This document shows positions 50,951 through 62,934 of a stretch of DNA of 64,000 nucleotides, piece by piece; positions within the stretch are counted from its first letter, which is position 1; each line of letters starts with the position of its first letter. The translations under genes were made by a program, and so were the position numbers. The notes beneath the pieces are model-generated. The model ran no database searches and was not told the DNA's origin. It worked only from the letters and a program-made list of their open reading frames with translations. Source of the DNA: Lingula anatina (lineage: Eukaryota > Animalia > Brachiopoda); assembly GCA_051362555.1 (NCBI GenBank), contig JBPQGU010000016.1, positions 2,852,001-2,916,000 of the forward strand, given 5' to 3'.

Positions 50951-51508
50951 TTAATTTTTAAAAATATCTTTAAATTTATCTTTTCAATTAATTCATAAAT
51001 TAAAATATTCATCTTTATATTTAAACATTTCTAATTCTTTTGATTCTTTTTTATATTTTGATTTATATAATGTTTTTGTTTTTTCAATTCATGCTGGATC
51101 TAAATGTGAAATATTAATTAATCTTGAAATTGGAATATCTTTAAATAAATCAATAAATTTTTTCAAAAACTTTGATTTTATAATATGTTTGTTTTCAAAA
51201 TCTTTTATATCTTTTTCAGTAATTTTTTGATTAATTAAAGAATTATATTTTTTTAAAACACTTAAAACAACACCACCATTTATAAAACAAATTACCTTTT
51301 CATCAAATAATTTTTCTTTTTTAAAAACTATATAAATCATTTGTGCAATATGTAAATATTTATTTAAAATAACATTACCAACTTGTGGTAAATTTTTAAT
51401 TATTTGTTCTTCTTTTTGTTTTTTAAATTCATTAAACTCAATACTAAAATTTAATTTTTTAATTTGAGGATCTAAATATATTAAATATTTACAAATTTGA
51501 TTTATCAT
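50951..51508 (-). CDS. Panacea (DUF4065/SocA-like) antitoxin
   Basis: LNKYLHIAQ..KLFDE..NGGVV..LINISHLDPAW pattern. Confidence 0.72.
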
Positions 51509-51755
51509 TTTATTTGCTCACTTCTTTTTAAAAAATTTAATAAATTATATTTAAAATAAAAAAATATAAACTTTAATATTTTTGATGTTTAACCTATACA
51601 TTTTTATAATATAGTGTTTTTATCAAATTATATTAATTATTAATTTTATATAATTTTTATTATTCTTAATATTATATTTTTTAATATTTATTTTTTTATT
51701 TTTTATGAAAAAAACAATATAATTATTTATGTATTAAATGATACAAGGAGAAAAA

Positions 51756-52008
51756 ATGAATAAAAAATTATATATATATTATTAGCTTTAAGTTTATTAA
51801 TTGGTTTAATTAGTTTAATTATTGGATCAATTTCTTTTTATAAATTAAATAAATTTATATATTTAAATAAAAAACAACAGAAATTACTTTAAATAAAAAT
51901 TTAAATCAAATAGAAAAATTAAAAAAAGTAAAAGAAGTTTCTAAAGAATTAATTGATTTTTATGGAATTGATAAAAATAAAATAAATGTTTCTATTTTTG
52001 AAAATTAA
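51756..52008 (+). pseudogene. Small membrane-anchored protein gene, frameshifted at (TA)5 and once more downstream
   Basis: AAGGAG RBS, MNKKLYI start, then LLALSLLIGLISLIIGSISF in a shifted frame. Confidence 0.45.
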
Positions 52009-52192
52009 TAAAAATAAATATTTATTATATTAATTTAATAATTTATCTTTTATTAATAAAATTTAAGTAATAAAATAATTAAAAATGATCAAAAATAATA
52101 AAAATAAAATTTTAAATGAATTTTTAAATAAAAAAAGAATTGAAAAAATTATTAAAAATCAATTAAAAAATCAATTTGTAATTAATGTTTTA

Positions 52193-52227
52193 AAAAAATT
52201 ATCTAAAAAATAATTATAGATAATATT
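52193..52227. repeat. 35-bp direct repeat, copy 1 (copy 2 at 52799..52833)
   Basis: AAAAAATTATCTAAAAAATAATTATAGATAATATT occurs twice, 606 bp apart. Confidence 0.85.
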
Positions 52228-52471
52228 TGTTTTTTAATCTTTATTTTTCAAAAATTTTATAATTTTTAATAAATTAATTAATATAAAAATTTTTTTTATT
52301 AATATTTTTTAATTTATATGTTTTTAATATTTTTTATTTAAAAATTTTAAAATATATTATATAATTACTTAAATGCAAAAAATCAATTAACTTTTTAAAA
52401 ACAAAAAAATAAAATTAATTGATTTTTTTATTTAAAATAATAAATAAAATTTTTTAGACTAGTTTATTTTA

Positions 52472-52573
52472 TTATTTTTTTCTATAATATGGATTAATTC
52501 ATTTTCCATTTCTAACGTGTCCTTTAACTCTTGTTAATGGACCATTAAGATTATTTAAAATAAAATTTTTCAT
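52472..52573 (-). CDS. Small basic protein (33 aa) MKNFILNNLNGPLTRVKGHVRNGKWINPYYRKK
   Basis: AGGAG RBS, locally GC-richer, downstream hairpin at ~52377-52428. Confidence 0.55.
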
Positions 52574-52808
52574 TTAAAATACTCCTATTAATTCTTATAA
52601 ATAATAATTCAATTTTTATAATTGTTTTTATTGAAATTATTATTTACTTGTATTATAAATCTTTTAAATTAATATAGATAAAAAAAATGTTTTTTAATAG
52701 TTTAATATTAATGAGTAACAAAATTACTTAATTTTAAGATTTTTTAATACTTTATTTAGATAATTTAAACATATTACAAACTTTAAAATATAAAAATTAA
52801 AAAATTAT

Positions 52809-53375
52809 CTAAAAAATAATTATAGATAATATTCATTTTTTAACTTCTTTATATTCTTTTAAATTAAAATCAGAACAATCTTTGTTTTCAAAATTTTTAA
52901 CAAAATCTTGACATTTTTGATAATGTTTATTTTCTTTATCTTCTTTATATCTATATCCAAATATTATTAAAGAACTATAAAGCGTTAATATTGCAAGTCT
53001 TTTATTTCCATTAAATAAATAATGTTTTGTTAAAATTCTTAAAAATACTTGTGTAATAAAATCAAATGTAGATAAATTTTTAGAATATAAAAATCTTTGA
53101 AAAATAGATAAAATCATATGTTTTAAACTATTTTTATAAATTTCATTTCCTATTTTTAATTTCTCTTTTTCAAATAACTTTTTTAAATAATTAAAATTAA
53201 TTAAAACAACATTTTCATAAAAAAGATTTGCCAATTTTTCATTTAAAGAATCTAATAAAATTAAATTTAATTTTATTTTATTTATATCAAAATCTTTAAA
53301 AGAAAATAATATTTTTAAATCTTCTTCTTTATTAAAACTTCATATTATTTTTTTTTGATCCAAAAAATTATTCAT
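52809..53375 (-). CDS. Doc (death-on-curing) family Fido protein
   Basis: HYLFNGNKRLA motif; 188 aa. Confidence 0.8.
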
Positions 53376-53676
53376 TTTTTTTATTTTTTGTTAAATTAAT
53401 AATTTATATTACTTAATTTCAATAACTTCTTTTATTTCTTTATTATTAAATATTTATCATCTAATTTTATTTATGATAAATTTGAAAATAATGTATGTGT
53501 TTCATTTTGTGCAATTCATCTTAATTTAGTTAATTCTTCTTGGTAATTAACCCCTCACTCAAGGTATTTTAATAAATCAAAAAAGAACAGACCACTTATT
53601 TTTATTCTTTTTTCTTATCCTTTTGAGTTTTAACAGATTTCTTTAATAATTTTTCAAATACATTTGGATTTTGGGA

Positions 53677-54201
53677 TTAATTCTTATTGTGTTTTATGTG
53701 TATTATACCTTTTATGAATTTATTCTCATCAACAATAACATCTTTAATAAAATTTTCCATATATTCTCAATCTGGATTATTATCTTTTGCTGGCAACAGT
53801 ATTATAGTTTCTGCTAACTTGGTAGCTCTACCTCTACCGAATGACCATTTAGGTCTTTCTAAATCCAATATTGTTACTAAAAATAATGCATTGTACTTAT
53901 TTAAATTTTTGTTATACCCTAATGTATTAGATGTTGTTTGAATAGTTTCTTTTTCAAAATAATTTTGAAAACCATTACTTCCAGCACCTTGACATATAAA
54001 TGAAATTGCATTTCCTTTAGAAATTAATTTTTCATTATATGCAACTAATTTCATAAATCCATTCTCTGATTTCTTTGCACCAACATAAACAACATCCTTA
54101 CCTTCTTCCAAATCCGGAGCATTAGAACACTTTCCCTTCTCAAAAGTAAAAATATCATCTAGTTTAAATTTTTGTCATTTTTCAATCCCTTTAATCATCA
54201 T
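53677..54201 (-). CDS. BcgIB-like specificity subunit, single TRD
   Basis: WQKFKLDDIF, WSFGR and ILLPAKDNNPDWEYMENFI motifs. Confidence 0.78.
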
Positions 54202-55920
54202 AATCTCCAGTTTTTATTAAATATGATACAAAATTTCTATATGTCTCTCTAAAAGAATCTTTATTAAGTTTGGAGTAATCAGTATCCATATAAGCCTCGG
54301 CCAATCATTCATCTTTATAACCTACTTTTCTTTTAACACTAAAATTTGGTTTCTCATCAAGATTGTCATATGTTTGAATTCACTTATCTTTAGTGATTTT
54401 TCAACTAAATTTTTCTATTCTTCCTAAGTTTTTTTTCTTTCTAAAACCATCATTTTTATAGTACCCAAAAAAAGTATTTTTAGAACTATCATGGGGGATA
54501 CCTAGTTCAAATAACATTATGCAAGAATTTACATTTGCTCCAGGATGAAAAATATCATCAGGTAATGTAAATACTGCCTTTAAAGTATGATTTTCAAGCA
54601 TTTTTTTTTATATAATTCAACTTTTGAATCTGATCCGATGGCACATTGTAATGGTAGAATAGTTGCAAGCATACCATTGTTAACAAAATTTGCAGTTTGT
54701 TCCACGAAATATAATCCTTTTGTGGCATCAACTCCATTTTTTGTTGTTGGACAGTCTTTAGGCATTTTTTTTCCATTGAAAGGTGGATTCATTAAAACAA
54801 CATTTATTTTATTTTTTTTTATTCAATCCCTTCTGTTAAAAAGAGAGTCAAGAACTACATTAGATTTCCCATCTTCATGAATGAGCATGTTTGTTGTTGC
54901 TAATCCAAATGCTTGTTTTTCATTCTCTATACCAAATAATTGGTTAGTTTTTATACTTTTTCTTTTTTTTAAATCTTTACCTGCTTTAATTAACATTTGA
55001 GTCATAGCTTGAACTAAAAATGAACCTGAACCGCACGTTGGGTCTAGAACTTTTGAATTTTTGTTTAACTTTACTATTGAACACATGAATTCAGTAATAT
55101 GAGGGGGTGTGAAAGCCTGATTCTTATCTTTTTTTCCTACATATTTATTAAATGTATTGAAAAATAAATTTAATAAATCTTCTCCCTTATCAGTTTTACT
55201 ATTTATAAAAGGTTTTAATTTTTTATCAACTATTTCCAACAATTGAGTGATTTCATTTGGTTTTAAAGATTGTATATCCTGTTCTTTAATAATTTTAATT
55301 AAAATATCAGTTTTAATTTTTTTGTTTTCATCAAAATCTATTTTTGATTCCAATATTTTTTTTATACGTTCAAGTAGTTCTGATGACTTCAAATAACCAT
55401 TATATTCAAGCCCATTATTAACAGCAACCAAAATACTACCCATAAATTGAGATCTTCACCTCTCCTTAATGCCAAATTTATTCATTAATATATTCAAAGA
55501 ATTTGTTGCTTTAAGAACTGCTGATCTATTATTAATTCTTTTTTCATATAAATCAACATAGTAAGAGAATGGATTAATTGTAATTTCACTTTCCAATTCC
55601 TCATCATCTTTTCAAACTTTTGTAATTTCAGTTTCAGTATCATGTAAAATTGCTATTATTTTATTTTTTGGTTTATATTTTTTTTCATGAGAAACATATA
55701 CCATAAGCTGATTAATATCTTCTTCCGAAAATAATTTTCTACGAAATTTTGTTTCAATCAAAATTGAATAACCAGACTCTTCGAATCTTAGGTCTAAAAA
55801 TTTATGTTTTTTATTTTTTATTTGTTGCCCTAAAACTTTTGAATATGAAAATTCTCCATTTTCTATGTTTTCTTTATGAAAATCATAGCCAACTTTGTTT
55901 ATTATTGCTTTTCTTTTCAT
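54191..55920 (-). pseudogene. BcgIA-like (Type IIB/IIG) restriction-methyltransferase, frameshifted at an A9 tract
   Basis: FLDLRF..ILIETK, QAFTP, LDPTCGSGSF, MNPPF, EWLAEAYMDTDYSKL; single frameshift at 54601-54609. Confidence 0.85.
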
Positions 55921-55944
55921 TATATTCTCTCTAACAATTCTTTA

Positions 55945-56190
55945 AATATAATTTTTTCTTTTTTGTTTTGTCTGAACACAAACTCATTTATGTAGCTTTA
56001 TATCCATTTTTTACTCAATCCAATATAAGAATCTTTAATGCCTTTTTTGAATACACTTCAAAAGTTCTAAATTCCATTAGTTGATATATTTAATTTTACA
56101 TTATCTATTGTATCTTGTTTTTTATATTCTATTTTTGAGTGATTAATTTTTTTATGTAATCAATATACTAATTAGTAATCCAAACAAATT
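55945..56190 (-). mobile_element. IS1595-family transposase remnant
   Basis: INHSKIEY..STNGI*NFWSVFKKGIKDSYIGLSKKWI*SYINEFVFRQN with nonsense codons. Confidence 0.75.
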
Positions 56191-56198
56191 TTCATTAA

Positions 56199-56320
56199 GT
56201 TTCAGACCATTACTAAATGCAATAACTCAAAAACTAATGTTAAAAATTCAAAAACTAATGTTAAAAATTTTGATGCAATAAAAAATTTCAGGCCATTACT
56301 AAATGCAATAGTTCAAAAAC
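56199..56320 (-). CRISPR. Degenerate orphan type II-like CRISPR remnant (2 repeats)
   Basis: 36-bp repeats GTTTTTGAGTTATTGCATTTAGTAATGGTCTGAAAC and GTTTTTGAACTATTGCATTTAGTAATGGCCTGAAAT; 50-bp spacer = 29 bp plus a 21-bp duplication. Confidence 0.65.
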
Positions 56321-56350
56321 GTCAAATATATTTTAATATTAATTTATTCT

Positions 56351-57376
56351 TTATTTAGTAACAAGTGTTAATAAATAAATTATTAAAATAAAAAATAAAA
56401 TTAAATTTAATGAAAATATAATAAAAAAATATTTTTTTGTTAATCAAAAATGTGGTTTTTCATTTAATAAGTTTTTAGAGAAAAAATCATTATTTAATGT
56501 TCCTATATAAATTTCATTTTTTAAAAATAATGGATTTGGATTATTAAATTTTGTATTTAAAACATTATCTAAATCTAATTTAAATTCTTCTGGGTTTTGA
56601 TATCTTTCTTCAGGATTTTTAGCTGTTGCTTTAACAACGATATTTTCCATTAATTGTGAAATTGATTTATCAAATTTTCTAACTCTAAATAATCTTTGAT
56701 ATAAATGTTTTTTAATCATATCTGTTGATTTAAAGCTATAAAATGGATGTTGTCCTACCAAAGCTTCATATAACATTAATCCTAATGCATAAATATCTGA
56801 TTTAATTGTTGCTTTTTTACCAGCAATTACTTCAGGTGAAATATATTTTAAACTACCAGCTGCTTTAGTATTTTCTAATTTAAAATCAAAATATTTATCA
56901 AAAGCAATTCCAAAATCTAATATTTTAATTTTCTTTTTATTTAAAATCATTATATTTTCTGGTTTTATATCTCTATGAATTATATGTTGTCTTAATGTAT
57001 AACTTAATGTATCTAAAATTTGACCAAAAATTTGTACAATTTTTGTTTCATTTAATGTATTTTCTTTCCCTAAATATTCTCTTAATGTTATTCCATCAAC
57101 ATATTCAAGAACTAAACATCATAAATTGTTAAATTTAAAATAATCATATAATTTTGCAATATTTTTATGTTTTAATTTAGCTGTTATTTTAATTTCATTT
57201 TTAAAAAAATCTTCTTTTTTTTGATTTGAAAAAATATTTTTAAATAATATTTTTAAAACACATTTTCTATTTAGTATTTGATCAAATACTAAATATACAA
57301 ATGATGTACCACCAACTGAAATTTTTTTTAAAATTTCATATCTATCTTTTACTATTTTCCCTATATTTGTATCCAT
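56351..57376 (-). CDS. prkC: Ser/Thr protein kinase PknB/PrkC
   Basis: HRDIKPEN, DFG, YISPE and SDIYALG motifs; C-terminal TM helix. Confidence 0.93.
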
Positions 57377-57384
57377 TATTAATT

Positions 57385-58107
57385 TTAGTTTATCTCAAAT
57401 AAAATTATTGTAATATCATCTAATGAACCATTAAATACTGCATTTTCATAAATTAAATCTACTTTTGCATTTAATGATAATTTATCATTATCTAATAATT
57501 TTTTTAATTCTCTATTTTTTAAAAAACTATGTACACCATCACTTGTTAATATATATTGTCCTTTTAAAACATTTAATTTATAAAAATCAACATAACAATT
57601 TGATGAGTTTGAAACTGAATTACTTAAAAACTTTTTTTCTTTTACAAAAGAAAAGATTTGATCTTTATCTGTTCTAATATCATGATCATTTGTTATTTGA
57701 AATAATTTTTTAGAAAATAAAGTTTTATTTGATTTTAATTGATAAAATCTTGTATTTCCAACATGAAAAACATAAAAATTATCTTTAACTAAAATTACAA
57801 ATGTTAATGTTGTAGCAATTTGTGTTTTTAAACTTATCAATCTATTTTTTATAACAATTTTTATAAGAATATCACCTCATTCATTAATTTGTCTATCAGA
57901 AAGTTCAGCAAAATTTTTATTTTTAAATGCTTCTTTAACAGTATCACATGAAATTTTAGATGCAAACTGTGATTTTTTATATGAACCTACACCATCTGCA
58001 ATTGCAAATAAAATTTGATTGTATTTGTTATATTCAACAACAAATGAATCTTGATTTATATTTTTTATTTTTCCTATTACACTTTTTGTTGCAATTTTAA
58101 TTTTCAT
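57385..58107 (-). CDS. prpC: PP2C-family protein phosphatase
   Basis: NQD, AIADGVG, HVGNTR, LTSDG and DDIT motifs; upstream of the kinase. Confidence 0.88.
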
Positions 58108-59261
58108 TATTTTATTATTTTTTTTAAATAGTTTTTTATTTCTTTTGTTGCTTTATCTATTGTATTATTAAATACAAGTAAATCACATTGATTGTTTGAA
58201 CTAATAAAATTTAATTCTTTTAATGCTTTTTTCAATCTTTTTTCTAATTGTTCTTTAGATTCTGTTCCTCTTTTTTTTAATCTTTTTTCTAATTCTTCAA
58301 TATTTGGAGGAAAAATAAAAATTCAAATTGCATTTGGAATTTGTTTTTTTATTTTTAAAGCACCAATAATTTCAATTTCAAGTAAAATATTTTTATTTTT
58401 ATTTACTAATTCTTTAATTTTTGCTTTTGATGTTCCATAATAATTATCAACAAATTTAGCATATTCAATAAAATCATTAGAATTTATTTTTTTTTCAAAT
58501 TCACTTTCTTTTATAAATTCATAGTCTTTTCCATTAATTTCATCATTTCTTATTTTTCTTGTAGTTGTTGAAATTGAAAAAGCTAAATTTAAATCTTTAT
58601 CATTAATTAAATTTTTAATAATTTGTTTTTTACCAACACCACTTGGTCCAGAAATAATTAAAATTTTAGAATCTTTAAGTTCATCTTGAATTGTTAAAGT
58701 TTTATTTTTTTTATATTTTAAAAAATAAATAAAATTTTTACCATATTTTTTTTCTAAAAATAATTCTAATTTATCAAATTTTTCAAAAGTTTTTTTTAAT
58801 GGTGAAGTAAAAACAATAAAACCATTTTCATTTAAAATATCTTCATCATTTAAAATTTGTAAAGATGTAAAAAGCATTTTTTGTTCTTTATATGGTGGAT
58901 CTACAAAAATTAAATCTACTTTTTTATTTAATTGTTTTAATTTAACTAAAAATTGTAAATAATTTAAATTATTAACTTCACTTTTTTTATCTTTTAGTGA
59001 ATATAACAATTCTTTAATTCTTTTACAATTTAAATTGTTAATATCATTAAAATAAACATATTTTGCACCTCTTGAAAGTGTTTCTAATCCAAGATTTCCA
59101 GTACCTGCAAATAAATCTACAACAACTAAATTATTAAAATCAATTTTATTTTGTAAAATATTAAATATATTACTTTTTAAAAATGAAGAAATTGGACTAA
59201 AATTTATATCTTTGGCAACATTAATTTTTTTAAATTTATACTTTCCTGCCAAAATTCTCAT
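58107..59261 (-). CDS. gmk: RsmD methyltransferase-guanylate kinase fusion
   Basis: MRILAG, DLFAGTG and DPPY (RsmD), then ISGPSGVGK, TTR and YYGT (Gmk) in one 384 aa frame. Confidence 0.9.
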
Positions 59262-59414
59262 AATATTATGTGATATATTAAAATAAATAATTATTTATAT
59301 TATCTTATAAAATATTTGATTATTGTTATATAATTAATTAACATTTCAAATATAATAACAAAATTATAAAAATTAAACTTAATTAATTTTTTATTTATAC
59401 AAAAAATTTAAAAT

Positions 59415-61070
59415 ATGATAAAAACAACAAAAATATTTGCTTTAGGTGGACTTGAAGAAGTAGGTAAAAATACATATTGTATTGAACATGATAACGAAAT
59501 TATAATTATTGATGTTGGACTTAAATTTCCTAAAAAATCAATGTTAGGAGTTAATGCAATTATTCCTGATTATGCTTATTTAGAAAAAAATAAAAATAAA
59601 ATTATAGGAATTTTTATAACACATGGTCATGAAGATCATATTGGTGGAATACCATATCTTTTAAATAAAATAAATATTGATAAAATTTTTGCTCCTAAAC
59701 TTGCAAGTGATTTAATTAAATTAAAATTAAAAGACAAAAAATTAAAAGCAAACATAATTGAATATAATGAAAATTCAACTTTTAAATTCAATCATTTTGA
59801 ATTATCTTTTTTTAATGTTACACATTCAATACCAAATTCATTTGGTATTTTTATTAAAACACCAAATGGAAATGTTGTAACTACTGGTGATTTTAAATTT
59901 GATCTTACTCCATTAGGTAATAAATCTGGATTTCAAAAAATTAGTGAAATTAGAAAAGAAGGTGTAACACTTTTACTTTCAGATTCAACAAATTCAGAAT
60001 TAGAAGGTTATACATTAACTGAAACAAAAATTATAGAAAATTTAAATAATTTATTTTTAAAATCAAAAAAAAGAATTTTAGTAACAACTTTTGCTTCAAA
60101 TGTTGATAGAATTTATCAAATAATTTTAAGTGCTCAAAAAATAGGTAGAAAAATTGCAATATCTGGAAGATCAATTGATAATATTATTGAAATTGTAAAA
60201 AAAAGGAAATATTTAACTCTTGATCAAAATCTTTTTGTTGAACTTGAAAATATTTATAAATTTAAACCAGAAGAAATAATTGTTTTATGTACTGGTTCAC
60301 AAGGTGAAATTAATTCAGGAATAACAAAAATTGCATATAATGAACACCCTATAATTAAAGATTCTGAAAATAATATGGTTGTTTTTTCATCAAAACCAAT
60401 TCCTGGAAATCGTTATAGTGTTGAATTTATAATTAATAAATTAAAAAAACAAAATATAAAAGTAGAAATAAGTTCTAAATCAAAAGAACTACATACTTCT
60501 GGACATGCAAGACAATATGAGCAAAAATTAATGATTTCATTATTACAACCAAAATATTTTATGCCTATGCATGGAGAATATAGAATGTTAAAAATTCATG
60601 GTTTAACAGCACAGTCAACTGGAATTCCAAAAAAAAATATTTTTATTTTAAAAAATGGTGATCAATTATTAATGAAAAATAACAAAATAAAACTTGGTCA
60701 TTCAATAGAAGTAAATCCAATTTTTATTGGTCGTAACATAAATGATGTTTGTTCATTAGAAATATTAAGAGAAAGACAAATAATGTCAAAACATGGTATT
60801 TTGGCAATATTAATTTTAATTGATTTAAAAAATAACAAATTATTAAATATTTCTAATTTAGAAACAAAAGGAAATTTTTATTTTTGAAATGAACCAAAAC
60901 TTAAAAAAAATGTAATTGATAATACTGAAACAGTAATTAGTAAATATTTTAATAAAAAAAAATATTCAAAAGAAAATCTTACAAAAATTATAATTGATAA
61001 TATATCAACAATCATTTTTAAAGAAAAAAAATTAAATCCTATTATTTATCCAATAATAATTGAAAAATAA
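59415..61070 (+). CDS. rnj: Ribonuclease J
   Basis: ALGGLEEVGKN, THGHEDHIGG, HTSGH and PMHGE motifs. Confidence 0.96.
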
Positions 61071-61074
61071 AAAA

Positions 61075-61626
61075 TTATTCTTTATTTGCTTCTTTATCTA
61101 AAATTTTTTTTAATTCTTTTGTTTTACCTAAATGTATTAAATCTTTATTTTTTTCAAATCTTTTAAAAGCTTTTAATACTATATCATTTGCTTCTTCTTT
61201 TGAAACTCAATTGCCAATTTGTGTAATTTTATTTTCTAAATTTTTATAATTTTTAAAAAAATCAACAATTTTATTTTTAATATTTATATTTAAATCTTTA
61301 TAACTTTTAATGTCTGAATTTTCAATATCTTTATCAAAAATACCAATTAATTTTGTATCCCTATCTCCATTATCTATCATTTTCAATGCACCAATAAGTC
61401 TTACAGACATGATTGAACCTGGTAAAACAGGTTTTGAACATACAACTAAAACATCTACAGGATCTCCATCAAGTTCTAATGTATTTGGAATATATCCATA
61501 ATTTCCTGGATAAACATTTGAACCAAACAAAAAACGATCTACAACTAATTGACCACTTTTATGATCAAATTCATATTTAATACTTGAATCTTTTGGGATT
61601 TCAATTACAATTTCATAATTTTTCAT
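61075..61626 (-). CDS. ppa: Inorganic pyrophosphatase (family I)
   Basis: EIPK..KYE, YPGNYGYIPNTL, DGDPVD and D.GD.DTK motifs. Confidence 0.95.
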
Positions 61627-61655
61627 ATCTTATAAATTATATAATAAATAAACAA

Positions 61656-62288
61656 ATGAATAAAACAAAAAAACAAAATATTTGTTTTCATAAAAAAATA
61701 AATTTTAAAATTAAAAATATTATTTTTACATCAATAATTATTGCAATTTCATTATTTTTAAATATGTTTCATATACCATTTTCTGTACATGGAATAGAAT
61801 TAGAAAAAATAGAATTTGGAATCATTATTCTTTTTTCATTAATTGGAATAATTAATATTAAAATTATTTTAATTGCATCAACATTAATACCATTTTTAGA
61901 TTCACTTTTACATGGACATTATTTATCAACATTTTTTATTGAAAGTATTTGTAATTTTTTAATTATTTTATTTATATTTATTTTTTATAAAATATTTTTA
62001 GATAAAAAACAACATTTTTTTAAAAATATATTTTTTTTATTTTTTTCAATTTTAACGACAATGTTAATAAGAATAATATATTATCATTTTATGATATTTT
62101 TATTTATAGAATCAAATAGTAATAATATTTTTAAATTAATACTTGATTTTAATAACAAAGAATATATTAAAATAATTATGTGATTACAAATAGTTTTTAT
62201 TGTTGCTTTAATAAAATATTTTATTATCTTTTTAACAACAATATTAATAAAAAATAAACTTAAAAATATAAAATTTTATGACAATTAA
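61656..62288 (+). CDS. Membrane protein, ECF S-component-like
   Basis: 5-6 hydrophobic segments; usual mollicute position between ppa and cmk. Confidence 0.55.
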
Positions 62289-62934
62289 AACAAATACAAG
62301 AATCAAAAAATACCAAAAATTAAGAAATCAAATTGAAAAAGATATTGTTTTTTTAAAACATAAAGAAGAAAATAAAGAACAAATTGAAAAATTAAAATCA
62401 TTAATTGAAAAAATTGATAAAAAAATATTTCAAGAAAAATTATTAATTTCTGAAAATGCTTTTTTAAATCCAAAATCAATTTCAAGAATTGAAGAAGAAC
62501 AAAAATTAGAAAAATTAAAATTAATTTTATCAAAAATAGAAAAACAAAATGAAAAAATTAAAGAAATAAAAATAACTAAAAATTCAAAAATTGATGATTA
62601 TATTCCTAAATTAGAAAATGAAATTTTTGTATTAAATAATTTAAATTTAATAAAAATAAAAGAAAAAGAATTATTAAATAAATTTAAAAATATTCAAATT
62701 GAAAAAGAAAAAATTAAAGATAAAGCAGAAAAAATTGATGATTTTTTAATAAAAGATTTTCAATTAGAAACAGCAGTACAAGAAAATAATTTTAGAATTG
62801 AAGAACAAAAAAAAATTATTAAAAAATTAACTTTTACAAAAGAAAAAAAAACAAAATGATTATTTTTTATAAATATTTTGTTTTTAATTTTACAAATAAC
62901 ATGCCTAATAATAATGTTTATAATAAAAAAATAA
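62278..62934 (+). CDS. Coiled-coil protein with C-terminal TM anchor
   Basis: TRIKKYQKLRNQI N-terminus and hydrophobic tail after TGA read-through. Confidence 0.65.
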
